Assembly: GCA_965216635.1 (NCBI GenBank)
Contig: OZ244188.1
Span: 1,728,001-1,792,000, forward strand
Direction of reading: 5' to 3'
DNA length: 64,000 nt
From: a bacterium
Lineage (GTDB): Bacteria > SAR324 > XYD2-FULL-50-16 > G965216635
The first letter of the stretch is position 1. The number at the start of each line of letters is the position of its first letter. The translations under genes and the position numbers were made by a program. The notes beneath the pieces were generated by a model. The model searched no databases and was not told the origin of the DNA. It saw only the letters and a list, made by a program, of their open reading frames with translations. Positions 1 through 9,426 of this stretch are shown piece after piece.

Positions 1-666
1 ATTGATGACTATGCGTGTAAGCAAGCCTTTGATGGATTGCTTTTAGAAGATCAAGCTTCTACTGCTGGCTCTTCAGAAACCAGCACAGGAAAAGCCCTAG
101 CGGGCAACGGCTTGCAAGTGGGCTACAGAGGCGGTGACTATAGATATTCTTTCAGCAACTTCTCTTGGGCAGCTGGAGCAGATAAGCTAGATTCCCAAGT
201 GCTTTTGCTAGAGTATTTTATAACTAAGGGTTTTTCGGCGGGAATAGGAGTGGCGAATGTTAAGCTAGATTCTAGTGCTGGACTTAAATCACAAAGAGCG
301 AATGTTTATAGCTTGAGCTACCAGTACCCTATCTGGAAAAATCTTTTTGTAGAAGCGAGCTATATGCTTATCTCAGCCGATATTTCCGTACAAAAAGAAG
401 CACAAATAGAAATAGAAGCAGAAGCAGTCAACCAAACAGATACCAGAGAGCTAGGGTTTTATGGGGCATCCAATCTCAGCCCTCACAATTCTGGTCTTGT
501 AATTACCGGTTCATATTATGAAAGCTCTAGAGGTGTTCTAACCGATTATAGAACCACCGTCACCCGAACCCAAACCCAAACAGCTGGCTCAATAAAAACC
601 ACAAAATCAGTGGAAATAAAAAACCCAGCTGCCTTTAGAATAAATTTCGTCTGGCGCTTTCGTTAA
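1..666 (+). CDS. Outer-membrane beta-barrel family paralog A1 (5'-truncated by window edge)
   Basis: Frame is open from base 1 (IDDYACKQAFDGLLLED...). Conserved blocks are near-identical to 1150-2304 and 26153-27322, and it ends in the amphipathic strand FRINFVWRFR. Confidence 0.85.
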   Translation: MDDYACKQAFDGLLLEDQASTAGSSETSTGKALAGNGLQVGYRGGDYRYSFSNFSWAAGADKLDSQVLLLEYFITKGFSAGIGVANVKLDSSAGLKSQRANVYSLSYQYPIWKNLFVEASYMLISADISVQKEAQIEIEAEAVNQTDTRELGFYGASNLSPHNSGLVITGSYYESSRGVLTDYRTTVTRTQTQTAGSIKTTKSVEIKNPAAFRINFVWRFR

Positions 667-754
667 GGGCTGTTTCGTTAAAGGAGCTTTCGTCAAGGAA
701 GCTTCTTTTAAGAACGTAAACCTCGCAGAATTGCAAAGGATGTTTTTTAAAAAT

Positions 755-830
755 CTGCAGGGGGTGTTTTTTTTTTCAAAATGGTTGCTTAGTCAACCAT
801 TTGGAGCAAAAAATAACGTCCCCGCCAGCA
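755..830. repeat. Repeat family C (GGGG(A/G)TGTTTT...AAAATAACGTCCCC with internal hairpin AAATGGTTG-CTTAGT-CAACCATTT)
   Basis: Further copies at about 2319-2394, 3772-3846 and 27441-27490 (the last lacks the internal hairpin). All lie downstream of family-A genes. Confidence 0.8.
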
Positions 831-900
831 TGCAAAGAAAAAATAGCCAGCATGCAAAGAAAAAATAGCTAGCTAGCAAAGAAAAAATAGCTAGACAGCA
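824..900 (+). repeat. Degenerate 22-23 bp tandem repeat (GCCAGCATGCAAAGAAAAAATA), about 4 copies
   Basis: Seen directly; related units occur upstream of the other family-A genes. Confidence 0.75.
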
Positions 901-911
901 AAAAAAAAAGA

Positions 912-938
912 TTTATTTATTTTGTTTTTTGCTATAGT
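912..938 (+). promoter_or_regulatory. Putative sigma70 promoter with extended -10 (TGcTATAGT), shared by family-A genes
   Basis: Same module at 2467-2493, about 24682-24708 and about 26059-26085, with a variant at 23350-23376. The apparent -35/-10 spacer is only 15 bp, so the -35 is uncertain. Confidence 0.45.
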
Positions 939-1003
939 TATCTTAATAAGGGTTTGTTTTGAACCTTTTTTAGCCGCAAGGCATAATTTTAACTAAAATT
1001 TAT

Positions 1004-1141
1004 AGACTTTTGAATTTGCATTCTGTTTAGCCTATGCAGCGTTGAAATTTTTTTTTAACTCTTGAAATACTTCAGTATTCCAGCGAGCTAAAAAAAATTT
1101 TCGCCTAGCCTAGCCGTCACATAACGCAAATTCAAAGGTCT
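1004..1141. mobile_element. Non-autonomous palindromic MITE-like element, family A (TIR AGAC(T/C)TTTGAATTTGC ... GCAAATTCAAAGGTCT)
   Basis: 16-bp terminal inverted repeats and an internal hairpin GAAATAC-TTCA-GTATTCC. Absent at the homologous position upstream of paralogs 2564, 24779 and 26153. Confidence 0.85.
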
Positions 1142-1149
1142 AATTCATA

Positions 1150-2304
1150 ATGAAAAAATTAAATACGAGATTGAAGGTGGTTGTTTTGCCTCTTATAATA
1201 TTTATAGCGGCATTTTTCTTTTTTATGCAGGGAGTAGACAGTCTGAGGGCACAGGAAGCTCCAGAGATAGCATCCCAAAAGGGTTGGTTTGTAGGAGTTA
1301 ATCCTCTGATTTTTGGAGCGAACAAGATAGAAACCAAAACAACTGTAGTAGACACAGTTGGAGAACTTGTGGTGGGTGATTTGACTGCCGATATTCGTAC
1401 TCCTTTTAGAGGTACTGTTCAGGTACAGCAAATAGCAGTAGATATTTGCGAGGGTGATTTTGCAGGTTATGATTTAGACAGGTTAGAAATAGTATATCTG
1501 GCGGAGGATAGAAGCGACGCAACAGACTTATACTATGAGGAAGGGGGTATAGTTAAATATATTCGTTTTCGCCTCAACGGAGAAGAACTTGAATCTCTCA
1601 CAGAAAATCCAAATGATATTGCTAGTTCAAGTGTAACCGCAAGCCCCATTGATGACTATGCCTGTAAGCAAGCCTTTGATGGATTGCTTTTAGAAGATAA
1701 ATCTTCTACTGGTGGCTCTTCAGAAACCAGCACAGGAAAAGCTCTAGCGGGCAACGGCTTGCAAGTGGGCTACAGAGACGGCGACTATAGATATTCTTTC
1801 AGCAACTTCTCTTGGGCAGCTGGAGCAGATAAGCTAGATTCCCAAGTGCTTTTGCTAGAGTATTTTATAGCTAAGGGTTTTTCGGCGGGAATAGGAGTGG
1901 CGAATGTTAAGCTGGATTCTAGTGCTGGACTCCATTCACAAAGAGCGAATGTTTTTAGCTTGAGCTACCAAGTGCCTATCTGGAAAAACCTTTTTGTAGA
2001 AGCGAGCTATATGCTTATCTCAGCCAATATTTCCGTGCAAAAAGAAGAGCTAAAAGTATTTGAAGAAGTCAATCAAACAGATACCAGAGAGCTAGGGTTT
2101 TATGGGGGCAACAATTTACGTCCTAACACTCCGCTTCTATCTTCCGCTTCATATTATGAAACTGCATCGGGTGTATTAACCGATCTTAGAACCACCGTCA
2201 AACGAACCCAAACCCAAACAGCTGGCTCAAAAACAACCACAAAATCAGTGGAAATAAAAAACCCAGCAGCCTTTAGAATAAATTTCGTCTGGCGCTTTCG
2301 TTAA
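1150..2304 (+). CDS. Outer-membrane beta-barrel family paralog A2
   Basis: Signal peptide (...SLRA/QEA), first strand GWFVGVNP, alternating-hydrophobic strands, and aromatic C-terminal strand FVWRFR. Confidence 0.85.
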   Translation: MKKLNTRLKVVVLPLIIFIAAFFFFMQGVDSLRAQEAPEIASQKGWFVGVNPLIFGANKIETKTTVVDTVGELVVGDLTADIRTPFRGTVQVQQIAVDICEGDFAGYDLDRLEIVYLAEDRSDATDLYYEEGGIVKYIRFRLNGEELESLTENPNDIASSSVTASPIDDYACKQAFDGLLLEDKSSTGGSSETSTGKALAGNGLQVGYRDGDYRYSFSNFSWAAGADKLDSQVLLLEYFIAKGFSAGIGVANVKLDSSAGLHSQRANVFSLSYQVPIWKNLFVEASYMLISANISVQKEELKVFEEVNQTDTRELGFYGGNNLRPNTPLLSSASYYETASGVLTDLRTTVKRTQTQTAGSKTTTKSVEIKNPAAFRINFVWRFR

Positions 2305-2563
2305 GGGCTTTTAAAAATCTGCAGGGGATGTTTTTTTTTCCAAAATGGTTGCTTAGTCAACCATTTGGAGCAAAAAATAACGTCCCCGCCAGCATACAAA
2401 GAAAAAATAGCTAGCCAAATGGGAAAAAAGGTGCAAAGAAAAATAGTCAGAAAGCAAAAAAAAAGATTGATTTATTTTCTTTTTTGCTATAGTTATCTTA
2501 ATAAGGGTTTGTTTTGAACCTAATTTAGCCTTTGTGGCTTCTAAATTTTAACTAAAATTTATA

Positions 2564-3709
2564 ATGAAAAAATTAAATATGAGATTGAGCGTACCTAGAT
2601 TGAAGGTGGTAGTTTTGCCTCTTATAATATTTATAGCGGCATTTTTCTTTTTTATGCAGGGAGTAGGCAGTCTGCGGGCACAGGAAGCTCCAGAGATAGC
2701 ATCCCAAAAGGGTTGGTTTGTAGGAGTCAATCCTCTGATTTTTGGGGCGAACAAGATAGAAACCAAAACAACTGTAGTAAGTACAGGAGGAGGGAAAGTT
2801 ACGGTGAGTGATTTGACTGCCGATTTGTTTACGCCTCGTCAAAGCGATACACTCACAGACCAAATAGAAGAGATAGCAGTAAATATTTGTAAAGGCACTG
2901 AGACCCGTCTTGAAATATTCTACCTAGCAGCAGACCACAGCGACGCAACAGATTTTACCAACAGTGCTGGCGGTGTATTTGAAGCTTTTCGTTTTCGCTT
3001 ACACGGAGCAGAAATTCCATACACAAGATCTTTAAATGAGTCTATTATTAGTCCTATTGCAGACGACGAATGCAAGAAAGCCTTTGATGGATTGCTTTTA
3101 GAAGATCAAGCTTCTACTGCTGGCTCTTCAGAAACCAGCACAGGAAAAGCTCTAGCGGGCAACGGCTTGCAAGTGGGCTACAGAGACGGTGACTATAGAT
3201 ATTCTTTCAGCAACTTCTCTTGGGCAGCTGGAGCAGACAAGCTAGATTCCCAAGTGCTTTTGCTAGAGTATTTTATAGCTAAGGGTTTCTCTGCTGGAAT
3301 AGGAGTGGCGAATGTTAAGCTAGATTCTAGTGCTGGACTCCATTCACAAAGAGCGAATGTTTTTAGCTTGAGCTATAGCTACCGTATTTTGAAAAATCTT
3401 TTTGTAGAAGCGAGCTATATGCTTATACAAGCCGATATTTCTCTACAAAAAGAAGAAGTAAAAGATATTGTAGCAGTCAACCAAACAGATACCAGAGTAT
3501 TGGGATTTTTCTCTATTGATTCCGATTTAACTATTGCTTCTAATGTAATTGGTTTGAATTATGACAATCGGGATGGTGCTTCATATAATACCAGATCCAC
3601 TGTTACCCGAACCCAAACCCGAGCAGCTGGCTCAATAAGAACCATAAAATCAGTGGAAATAAAAAACCCAGCAGCCTTTAGAATAAATTTCATCTGGCGC
3701 TTTCGTTAA
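2564..3709 (+). CDS. Outer-membrane beta-barrel family paralog A3
   Basis: Same conserved blocks as A2, with different variable segments. Confidence 0.85.
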   Translation: MKKLNMRLSVPRLKVVVLPLIIFIAAFFFFMQGVGSLRAQEAPEIASQKGWFVGVNPLIFGANKIETKTTVVSTGGGKVTVSDLTADLFTPRQSDTLTDQIEEIAVNICKGTETRLEIFYLAADHSDATDFTNSAGGVFEAFRFRLHGAEIPYTRSLNESIISPIADDECKKAFDGLLLEDQASTAGSSETSTGKALAGNGLQVGYRDGDYRYSFSNFSWAAGADKLDSQVLLLEYFIAKGFSAGIGVANVKLDSSAGLHSQRANVFSLSYSYRILKNLFVEASYMLIQADISLQKEEVKDIVAVNQTDTRVLGFFSIDSDLTIASNVIGLNYDNRDGASYNTRSTVTRTQTRAAGSIRTIKSVEIKNPAAFRINFIWRFR

Positions 3710-3916
3710 GGGCGGTTTCGTTAAAGGAGCTTTGTCAAGGAAGCTTCTTTTAAGAACGTAAAACTCGCAGAATTGCAAAGGATGTTTTTTTTTTCCAAAA
3801 TGGTTGCTTAGTCAACCATTTGGAGCAAAAAATAACGTCCCCGCCAAAACCAGCTTGTTATTTTGGCTTGTTGTTTTGGCTAAACTTTGGCAAGCACCTT
3901 CAAAAATCTAGAAAAT

Positions 3917-4357
3917 ATGAAATATTTACACAGTATGCTCCGAGTCAAGGATTTAGAAAAATCTTTGGATTTTTACTGCAATAAACTAGGATTTGTAGAA
4001 ACAAGACGTTATGACAATGAAAAAGGAAAATTTACACTTGTTTTTTTAGCCGCACCAGGTGACCTAGAACTAGCCAAAAAAAAACTAACTCCTGTTTTAG
4101 AACTAACTTATAATTGGGAGACAGAAGCATATAGCGGAGGGAGAAATTTTGGACATTTGGCTTATTCTGTGACGAATATTTATGATAGCTGTCAAAATTT
4201 TATGGACCTAGGAATAACTATACTTCGTCCACCCCGTGATGGGCGTATGGCTTTTATCTGCTCCCCTGATGGCATTTCTATAGAGCTATTACAACAGGGA
4301 GACGCTTTAGCTCCCCAAGAACCTTGGACTTCTATGAAAAATACAGGAGAGTGGTAG
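3917..4357 (+). CDS. gloA: Lactoylglutathione lyase (glyoxalase I, VOC family)
   Basis: [31 protein letters not shown] and [10 protein letters not shown] motifs. ATG at 3917 preferred over TTG 3887. Confidence 0.9.
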   Translation: MKYLHSMLRVKDLEKSLDFYCNKLGFVETRRYDNEKGKFTLVFLAAPGDLELAKKKLTPVLELTYNWETEAYSGGRNFGHLAYSVTNIYDSCQNFMDLGITILRPPRDGRMAFICSPDGISIELLQQGDALAPQEPWTSMKNTGEW

Positions 4358-4490
4358 GAATTTTGGCTAGTTTTCTTTCTGCGTCTTGTTAGGGTTTGGA
4401 GTACGGGGACACAAGTTTTACTTTTGGCTCAAAAAGCCAAATAGCCCAATAAGCAAAAATGCTCCTGCATGTGTAAAGAAAAAATAGACT

Positions 4491-7400
4491 TCAAGCGACG
4501 GTATAGACTTCAAGCGGGCGGATGGCTATAGGAGATTTTTTATTTTGTTCGGGACGCTCCTGTTTTTCTTCTTGTTTTTTGGGGACTATCCAGCAGAATT
4601 TTTTTAAGACAGTGTCTTTGTCTGCTAAAATTTCTTTGGCTACTACACTTTCGGTCTCAAGATAGTGTTCTTCTATTAACTCCCAAAATTTATTCAGATG
4701 AGTTGCTTTTTCGCCATGTTTTTTTGTCTTGCCTAGATTCAAAACTTCCACTACAGAAAGATTGCAATTTTTTCTTAAAGTAGCTTCTGTTTGATAGACA
4801 TAAGCGTAACCTCCGCTCATTCCAGCAGCAAAGTTTCTACCTACTTTGCCTAGCACAATTACCACACCTCCAGTCATATATTCGCAACCGTGCTCGCCCA
4901 CTCCTTCTACAACTGTGTAGGCACCGCTATTACGCACAGCAAATCTTTCTCCCGCTGCTCCGTTCAAAAAAACTTTCCCAGAGGTAGCTCCATAAAGTAC
5001 AGTGTTGCCAACAATAGTATTTTCTTGAGCGATATAAGTCGGATTAACTTTACGCATAGCCGCTGTAGAAAGCACAATTTTTCCACCGCAAAGACCTTTA
5101 CCTAGATAATCGTTAGCGTCTCCTTGTATCCGCAAGCTAATGCCTTTGGGTAAAAAGGCACCTAGGCTTTGCCCTGCTGTTCCGCAAAAGTCGGCGCATA
5201 TAGTATCATCGGGGAGACCTTTTTGCGCATATCTTTTGGTAAGCTCATAGCCTAGCATAGTGCCTACGGTGCGTTGTGTATTTTTGATGCACATCCCAAA
5301 ACGAACTTTTTTGCCTTCTTCTAGCGCAGGCTGTGCGAGTTGAATCAGTTTGTTATCTAAAATATTAGAAGTGAGATTGTCTTGCTCTCTTGTTTTTCTA
5401 TAGCTTGTTTTTTCAAAAAATTGGCTACCGTAGGTATTGTTCCGTTTGACTTTATAAAGCAAAGGAGAAAAATCTAAACATCTTGATTTTAGATTGTGTT
5501 TGTGTTTGGCTATTTTTAAAAATTCTGTTTGCCCTATTAAATCATCAAATTTCTTTACGCCTAGTTGTGCCATAATTTCGCGGACTTCTTTCGCTAGATG
5601 CAAAAAGAAGTTTATAACATATTCTGGTTTTCCTTTAAATTTTTTTCTAAGCATAGGATCCTGTGTGGCAATGCCTACAGGACAGGTATTTAAGTGGCAT
5701 TTCCTCATTAAAATACAACCTTGTGTAACCAATGCAGAAGTAGAAAAACCAAATTCTTCTGCTCCTAAAAGAGCGCCAATCACTACTCCTTTACCCGTTG
5801 TAATTTGTCCATCTACTTGGAGACGAACTCTATCTCTTATTCCGTTCATCATTAAAACTTGCTGGGTTTCTGCAATACCTATTTCCCAAGGAATGCCAGC
5901 GTGTTTGATAGAAGAGGCTGGAGATGCGCCTGTGCCTCCATCATAACCTGCAATAACTACTCTATCGGCTTTGCCCTTTGCAACTCCATAAGCCACAGTT
6001 CCCACACCTTCAGAAGCAACAAGTTTCACACTAACTTCTGCTTTGGGGCTGGCGTTTTTTAGATCATAAATCAGCTGTGCTAAATCTTCTATAGAATAGA
6101 TGTCGTGATGGGGAGGCGGAGAAATGAGAGGCACTCCTTCTATAGTGTGTCTCAATTCTGCAATGTAGGCGTCTACCTTAAAACCTTTAAGTTGTCCTCC
6201 TTCGCCGGGTTTTGCTCCCTGTGCGATTTTAATCTGTAGCTCTTTAGCTTTTGAGAGATAATAACTAGTAACTCCAAACCGCCCTGATGCTACCTGTTTA
6301 ATGCTGCTATTTCTAGAATTTCCGTCTTTATCTAAAACATACCTAGCCGCAGACTCTCCTCCTTCTCCTGTATTGCTTCTGGCTCCTAATCGGTTCATAG
6401 CAATTGCTAAATCTTCGTGAGCTTCTTTAGAAATAGCACCGATAGACATTGCGCCTGTACAAAATCTTTTAACAATTTCGCTTTCTGATTCTACCTCATT
6501 GAAGGCTATGGGTTTTTTATGAGAAGTAAAATCTAGCAGATTTCTGATTTTATAAAGTTCTAATTCGTTCATCTGCTTTGTAAATTCTTTAAAAATAGAA
6601 TAGTCGTTTTTCCAAGCAGCCTGCTGCAACAGATGAATGGTTTGCGGGTTATAAGCGTGTCTTTCTCCTTGCACTCGCCAGTTGTATTCTCCACCAGTGA
6701 ACAGACTATTTGTATCTGCAGGAAATTCCCAAGCCTCCCCTTCCCAAGCAGCGTGATGCTGTAATAAAGATTCCTTTTCCAAAAGTTTTAAATCCATTCC
6801 ATCTAAAGGGCTATGAGTACCACAAAAATATTTTTGTAGTAGTTTTTTGTTTAAACCAACCGCTTCAAAAATTTGTGCTCCTTGATAACTATTGAGCGTA
6901 GAAATGCCCATTTTAGACATAATTTTTTTGATTCCTTTTTCTGCTGCTTTAATGTAATTTTGTTGAGCGCTTTCAGCAGGCGCAGTTTTTATTTGTCCAG
7001 TCTGCCTCATTTTTTCTATAGTTGCATAAGCCAAATAAGGATAAACCGCACAAGCCCCATAACCCAACAAAAGAGCAAAATGGTGGGTTTCTCTTGCTTC
7101 TCCTGTTTGCACTACAATTCCTAATTTTCCTCTCTGTCTTTGCTTGATGAGATGGTGATGAACGGCAGCTGTTGCTAAAAGGGAGGGAATGGGAATACGG
7201 GTTTTTTGAATATTGGCATCACTGAGAACTAAAATCAAAATTCCTTTTTTGGCTTCGGTTGCAGCTTGGTTGCAAAGTTGATCTAAGGCTTGTTGCAAAC
7301 TCTTTTCTTTAGGATAGGTAATATCCAAACTTCTAAGTGGGAAATTTTTTTGGTACGCTAAAGCAGAAAATTCGGATGAATTTAAAATGGGGCTTTCTAA

Positions 7401-9062
7401 AACGAGGGTTTTGGCATAAATCTCTTTTCTTAAACACGGATTAAGCTTGTCTGCGATATAGGTCTGCAAAGACATATTACAATCTTCGCGAATAGGATCC
7501 ATCGGAGGATTGGTAACTTGAGCAAACCTCTGCTTGAAATAAGTAAATAGCAATTTAGGTTTTTCTGAAAGTACAGATAGGGGAGTATCGTTTCCCATCG
7601 CATAAACTAATTCTTCACTATTTTCACTCATAGCCTTGAGTAGCATTTGTAATTCTTCTTCGCTATAGCTAAAAGCCCTTTGCTGTTGCAAAACTGTTGC
7701 TTGTTCTGGGTTTTTAGAGGGTTTGGAAGTAACGCCTTTAAGATTTTTTAGATAAACCTTGTTTTTTTGATTCCATTCTAGATAAGGATAGGCTTCGCTA
7801 TATTTTTGGTGAATGCTCTCTGTTTTTAAAAGCTGGTTTGTTTGTCTGTCTATTGCTAATATTTCTCCAGCTCCCAATTTTCCTTTGCTTTGGATTTTTA
7901 TATCAGAAAAAGGAATAACTCCAGATTCTGAGGCGACAACAAGAACTTTATCCACAGTTTGACAGTAACGCAAAGGTCTCAATCCGTTTCTATCCACAGT
8001 TGCTCCAATAAAATTTTTATCCGCAAAAACCATAGAAACGGGACCATCCCAAGCCTCTACCATAGGAGCAAAGTATTCGTAAAACGCTTTTAATTTTTTA
8101 GGGATTAGTGGATTGTTTTCCCAAGCCCTAGGAATCATTATCATCATAGCTTCCAATAAGGGAACTCCGCTCGCCACCAAAAATTCTAAAAAATTATCAA
8201 AAGCCAAACTATCACTACAGTCAGCTTCTATAATGGGTAGCAATTCTGAAAAATCTTTGCCAAATGCCTCACTTTGCAACTCCCACTCCCTAGCATTACA
8301 GCCGTTAATATTTCCTATAATTGTATTGATTTCTCCGTTATGGGCTAAAAGCCGAAAAGGTTGTGCCAGTTTCCACGAAGGTAGGGTGTTGGTAGAATAC
8401 CGTTGATGCACTAGAGCAAAAGAAGTTTTAAAATCCTCTTCTTTTAAATCTAAAAAATAATCCGCCAACTGTCCTGCTAAAAAAAGCCCTTTATAAAGCA
8501 GACTATCACTAGAAAAACTGATAACATCAAAAAAACTATCCTTTTGGCAAAGAGCTATTTTGCTGATTTTTTTTCTTAAAAGATAAACTTTTTTTGCCAA
8601 AATAGTAGGATTTCTAGTGGTGACAAAAAGGTGGAAAATATGAGGTTCTCGGTTTAAATCACTTTTAGATAGGCATTGATTGTTGGTGGGAACTTTTCGC
8701 CAACAAAGAAATTCCAAAGCACTTTTAGGAATGGTTTTTTCTATAAGCAATTTTTGTTGCTCGCGTTTTTTTTTGTCTTGAGAAAAGAAAAAAACACCCA
8801 CTGCGTAGCTTCCTAGCTCAGGCAATTCTATTTTTTCACCCCAACTTCTACGAAAAAGGCTGTCTGGAATTTCTACCAAAATTCCAGCACCGTCGCCAGA
8901 TAAAGGGTCCTGTCCAGTAGCTCCTCTGTGCTCTAAGTTGCGAAGAATTTGCAAGCCCTGCAGGAGCATCTCGTGGCTAGCTGTTCCAGACATATTTGCA
9001 ATAAGTCCGGTGCCACAATTTCCTTTAGAGATTTTTTTTTGATGAGAATTTGAAAATTGCAT
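4491..9062 (-). CDS. gltB: Glutamate synthase large subunit
   Basis: N-terminal CG of the GATase domain, HQRYSTNT, HNGEINT, IKQVASGRFGV, AQGAKPGEGGQL, and the CILMRKCHLNTC 3Fe-4S motif; 1523 aa. Confidence 0.97.
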   Translation of the reverse strand: MQFSNSHQKKISKGNCGTGLIANMSGTASHEMLLQGLQILRNLEHRGATGQDPLSGDGAGILVEIPDSLFRRSWGEKIELPELGSYAVGVFFFSQDKKKREQQKLLIEKTIPKSALEFLCWRKVPTNNQCLSKSDLNREPHIFHLFVTTRNPTILAKKVYLLRKKISKIALCQKDSFFDVISFSSDSLLYKGLFLAGQLADYFLDLKEEDFKTSFALVHQRYSTNTLPSWKLAQPFRLLAHNGEINTIIGNINGCNAREWELQSEAFGKDFSELLPIIEADCSDSLAFDNFLEFLVASGVPLLEAMMIMIPRAWENNPLIPKKLKAFYEYFAPMVEAWDGPVSMVFADKNFIGATVDRNGLRPLRYCQTVDKVLVVASESGVIPFSDIKIQSKGKLGAGEILAIDRQTNQLLKTESIHQKYSEAYPYLEWNQKNKVYLKNLKGVTSKPSKNPEQATVLQQQRAFSYSEEELQMLLKAMSENSEELVYAMGNDTPLSVLSEKPKLLFTYFKQRFAQVTNPPMDPIREDCNMSLQTYIADKLNPCLRKEIYAKTLVLESPILNSSEFSALAYQKNFPLRSLDITYPKEKSLQQALDQLCNQAATEAKKGILILVLSDANIQKTRIPIPSLLATAAVHHHLIKQRQRGKLGIVVQTGEARETHHFALLLGYGACAVYPYLAYATIEKMRQTGQIKTAPAESAQQNYIKAAEKGIKKIMSKMGISTLNSYQGAQIFEAVGLNKKLLQKYFCGTHSPLDGMDLKLLEKESLLQHHAAWEGEAWEFPADTNSLFTGGEYNWRVQGERHAYNPQTIHLLQQAAWKNDYSIFKEFTKQMNELELYKIRNLLDFTSHKKPIAFNEVESESEIVKRFCTGAMSIGAISKEAHEDLAIAMNRLGARSNTGEGGESAARYVLDKDGNSRNSSIKQVASGRFGVTSYYLSKAKELQIKIAQGAKPGEGGQLKGFKVDAYIAELRHTIEGVPLISPPPHHDIYSIEDLAQLIYDLKNASPKAEVSVKLVASEGVGTVAYGVAKGKADRVVIAGYDGGTGASPASSIKHAGIPWEIGIAETQQVLMMNGIRDRVRLQVDGQITTGKGVVIGALLGAEEFGFSTSALVTQGCILMRKCHLNTCPVGIATQDPMLRKKFKGKPEYVINFFLHLAKEVREIMAQLGVKKFDDLIGQTEFLKIAKHKHNLKSRCLDFSPLLYKVKRNNTYGSQFFEKTSYRKTREQDNLTSNILDNKLIQLAQPALEEGKKVRFGMCIKNTQRTVGTMLGYELTKRYAQKGLPDDTICADFCGTAGQSLGAFLPKGISLRIQGDANDYLGKGLCGGKIVLSTAAMRKVNPTYIAQENTIVGNTVLYGATSGKVFLNGAAGERFAVRNSGAYTVVEGVGEHGCEYMTGGVVIVLGKVGRNFAAGMSGGYAYVYQTEATLRKNCNLSVVEVLNLGKTKKHGEKATHLNKFWELIEEHYLETESVVAKEILADKDTVLKKFCWIVPKKQEEKQERPEQNKKSPIAIRPLEVYTVA

Positions 9063-9413
9063 TCTTATTTTTTCTTTGTTATTGTTTGTAACTTAAAATA
9101 TTTCTGATAAAAAACCAACCTAAATTTATAAAGAAAAGTCTATTCGTAATTAGCAAAACGACTGTTTTGTTGTTTTTTATGATTTTACTTTTGTGTCTCT
9201 TCTAAGTTAAGTCAAAAAACTACCTTTATTTTATAACTAAAATAACGACATTTTTCGTAAAAGAATTTGTATTAAGGCTTGTTTTATTTTTTATTTTATG
9301 GAATATTAGCTACTAATAGTAGAGATACTTTTAAATAGTGCTATATTAAAGTCTATTTTATTACATAGTGCTAGTATAAGAAACTCTAAACTTAAAACTT
9401 AAATAACCAACAA

Positions 9414-9420
9414 TAAGGAG
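9414..9420 (+). promoter_or_regulatory. Shine-Dalgarno TAAGGAG
   Basis: Lies 6 nt upstream of ATG 9427. Confidence 0.7.
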
Positions 9421-9426
9421 ATACAA

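Noticed and set aside
1140..1431. Recurrent antisense ORFs over barrel gene 5' ends (also 2548-2863, 23413-23766, 26137-26458)
   Set aside because: They recur only because the sense genes are near-identical; they are shadows with no independent coding signal.
4890..8406. Plus-strand ORFs inside gltB, and similar short ORFs inside the uvrA-like gene, ddl, folD, ilvB, tkt and ccmF
   Set aside because: Antisense or alternative-frame shadows of well-supported genes.
9310..9373. Operator for the island (ATAGTGCTA at 9335 and 9365; CTACTAATAGTAG palindrome)
   Set aside because: Too short to distinguish from chance in AT-rich DNA, and no regulator gene is nearby.
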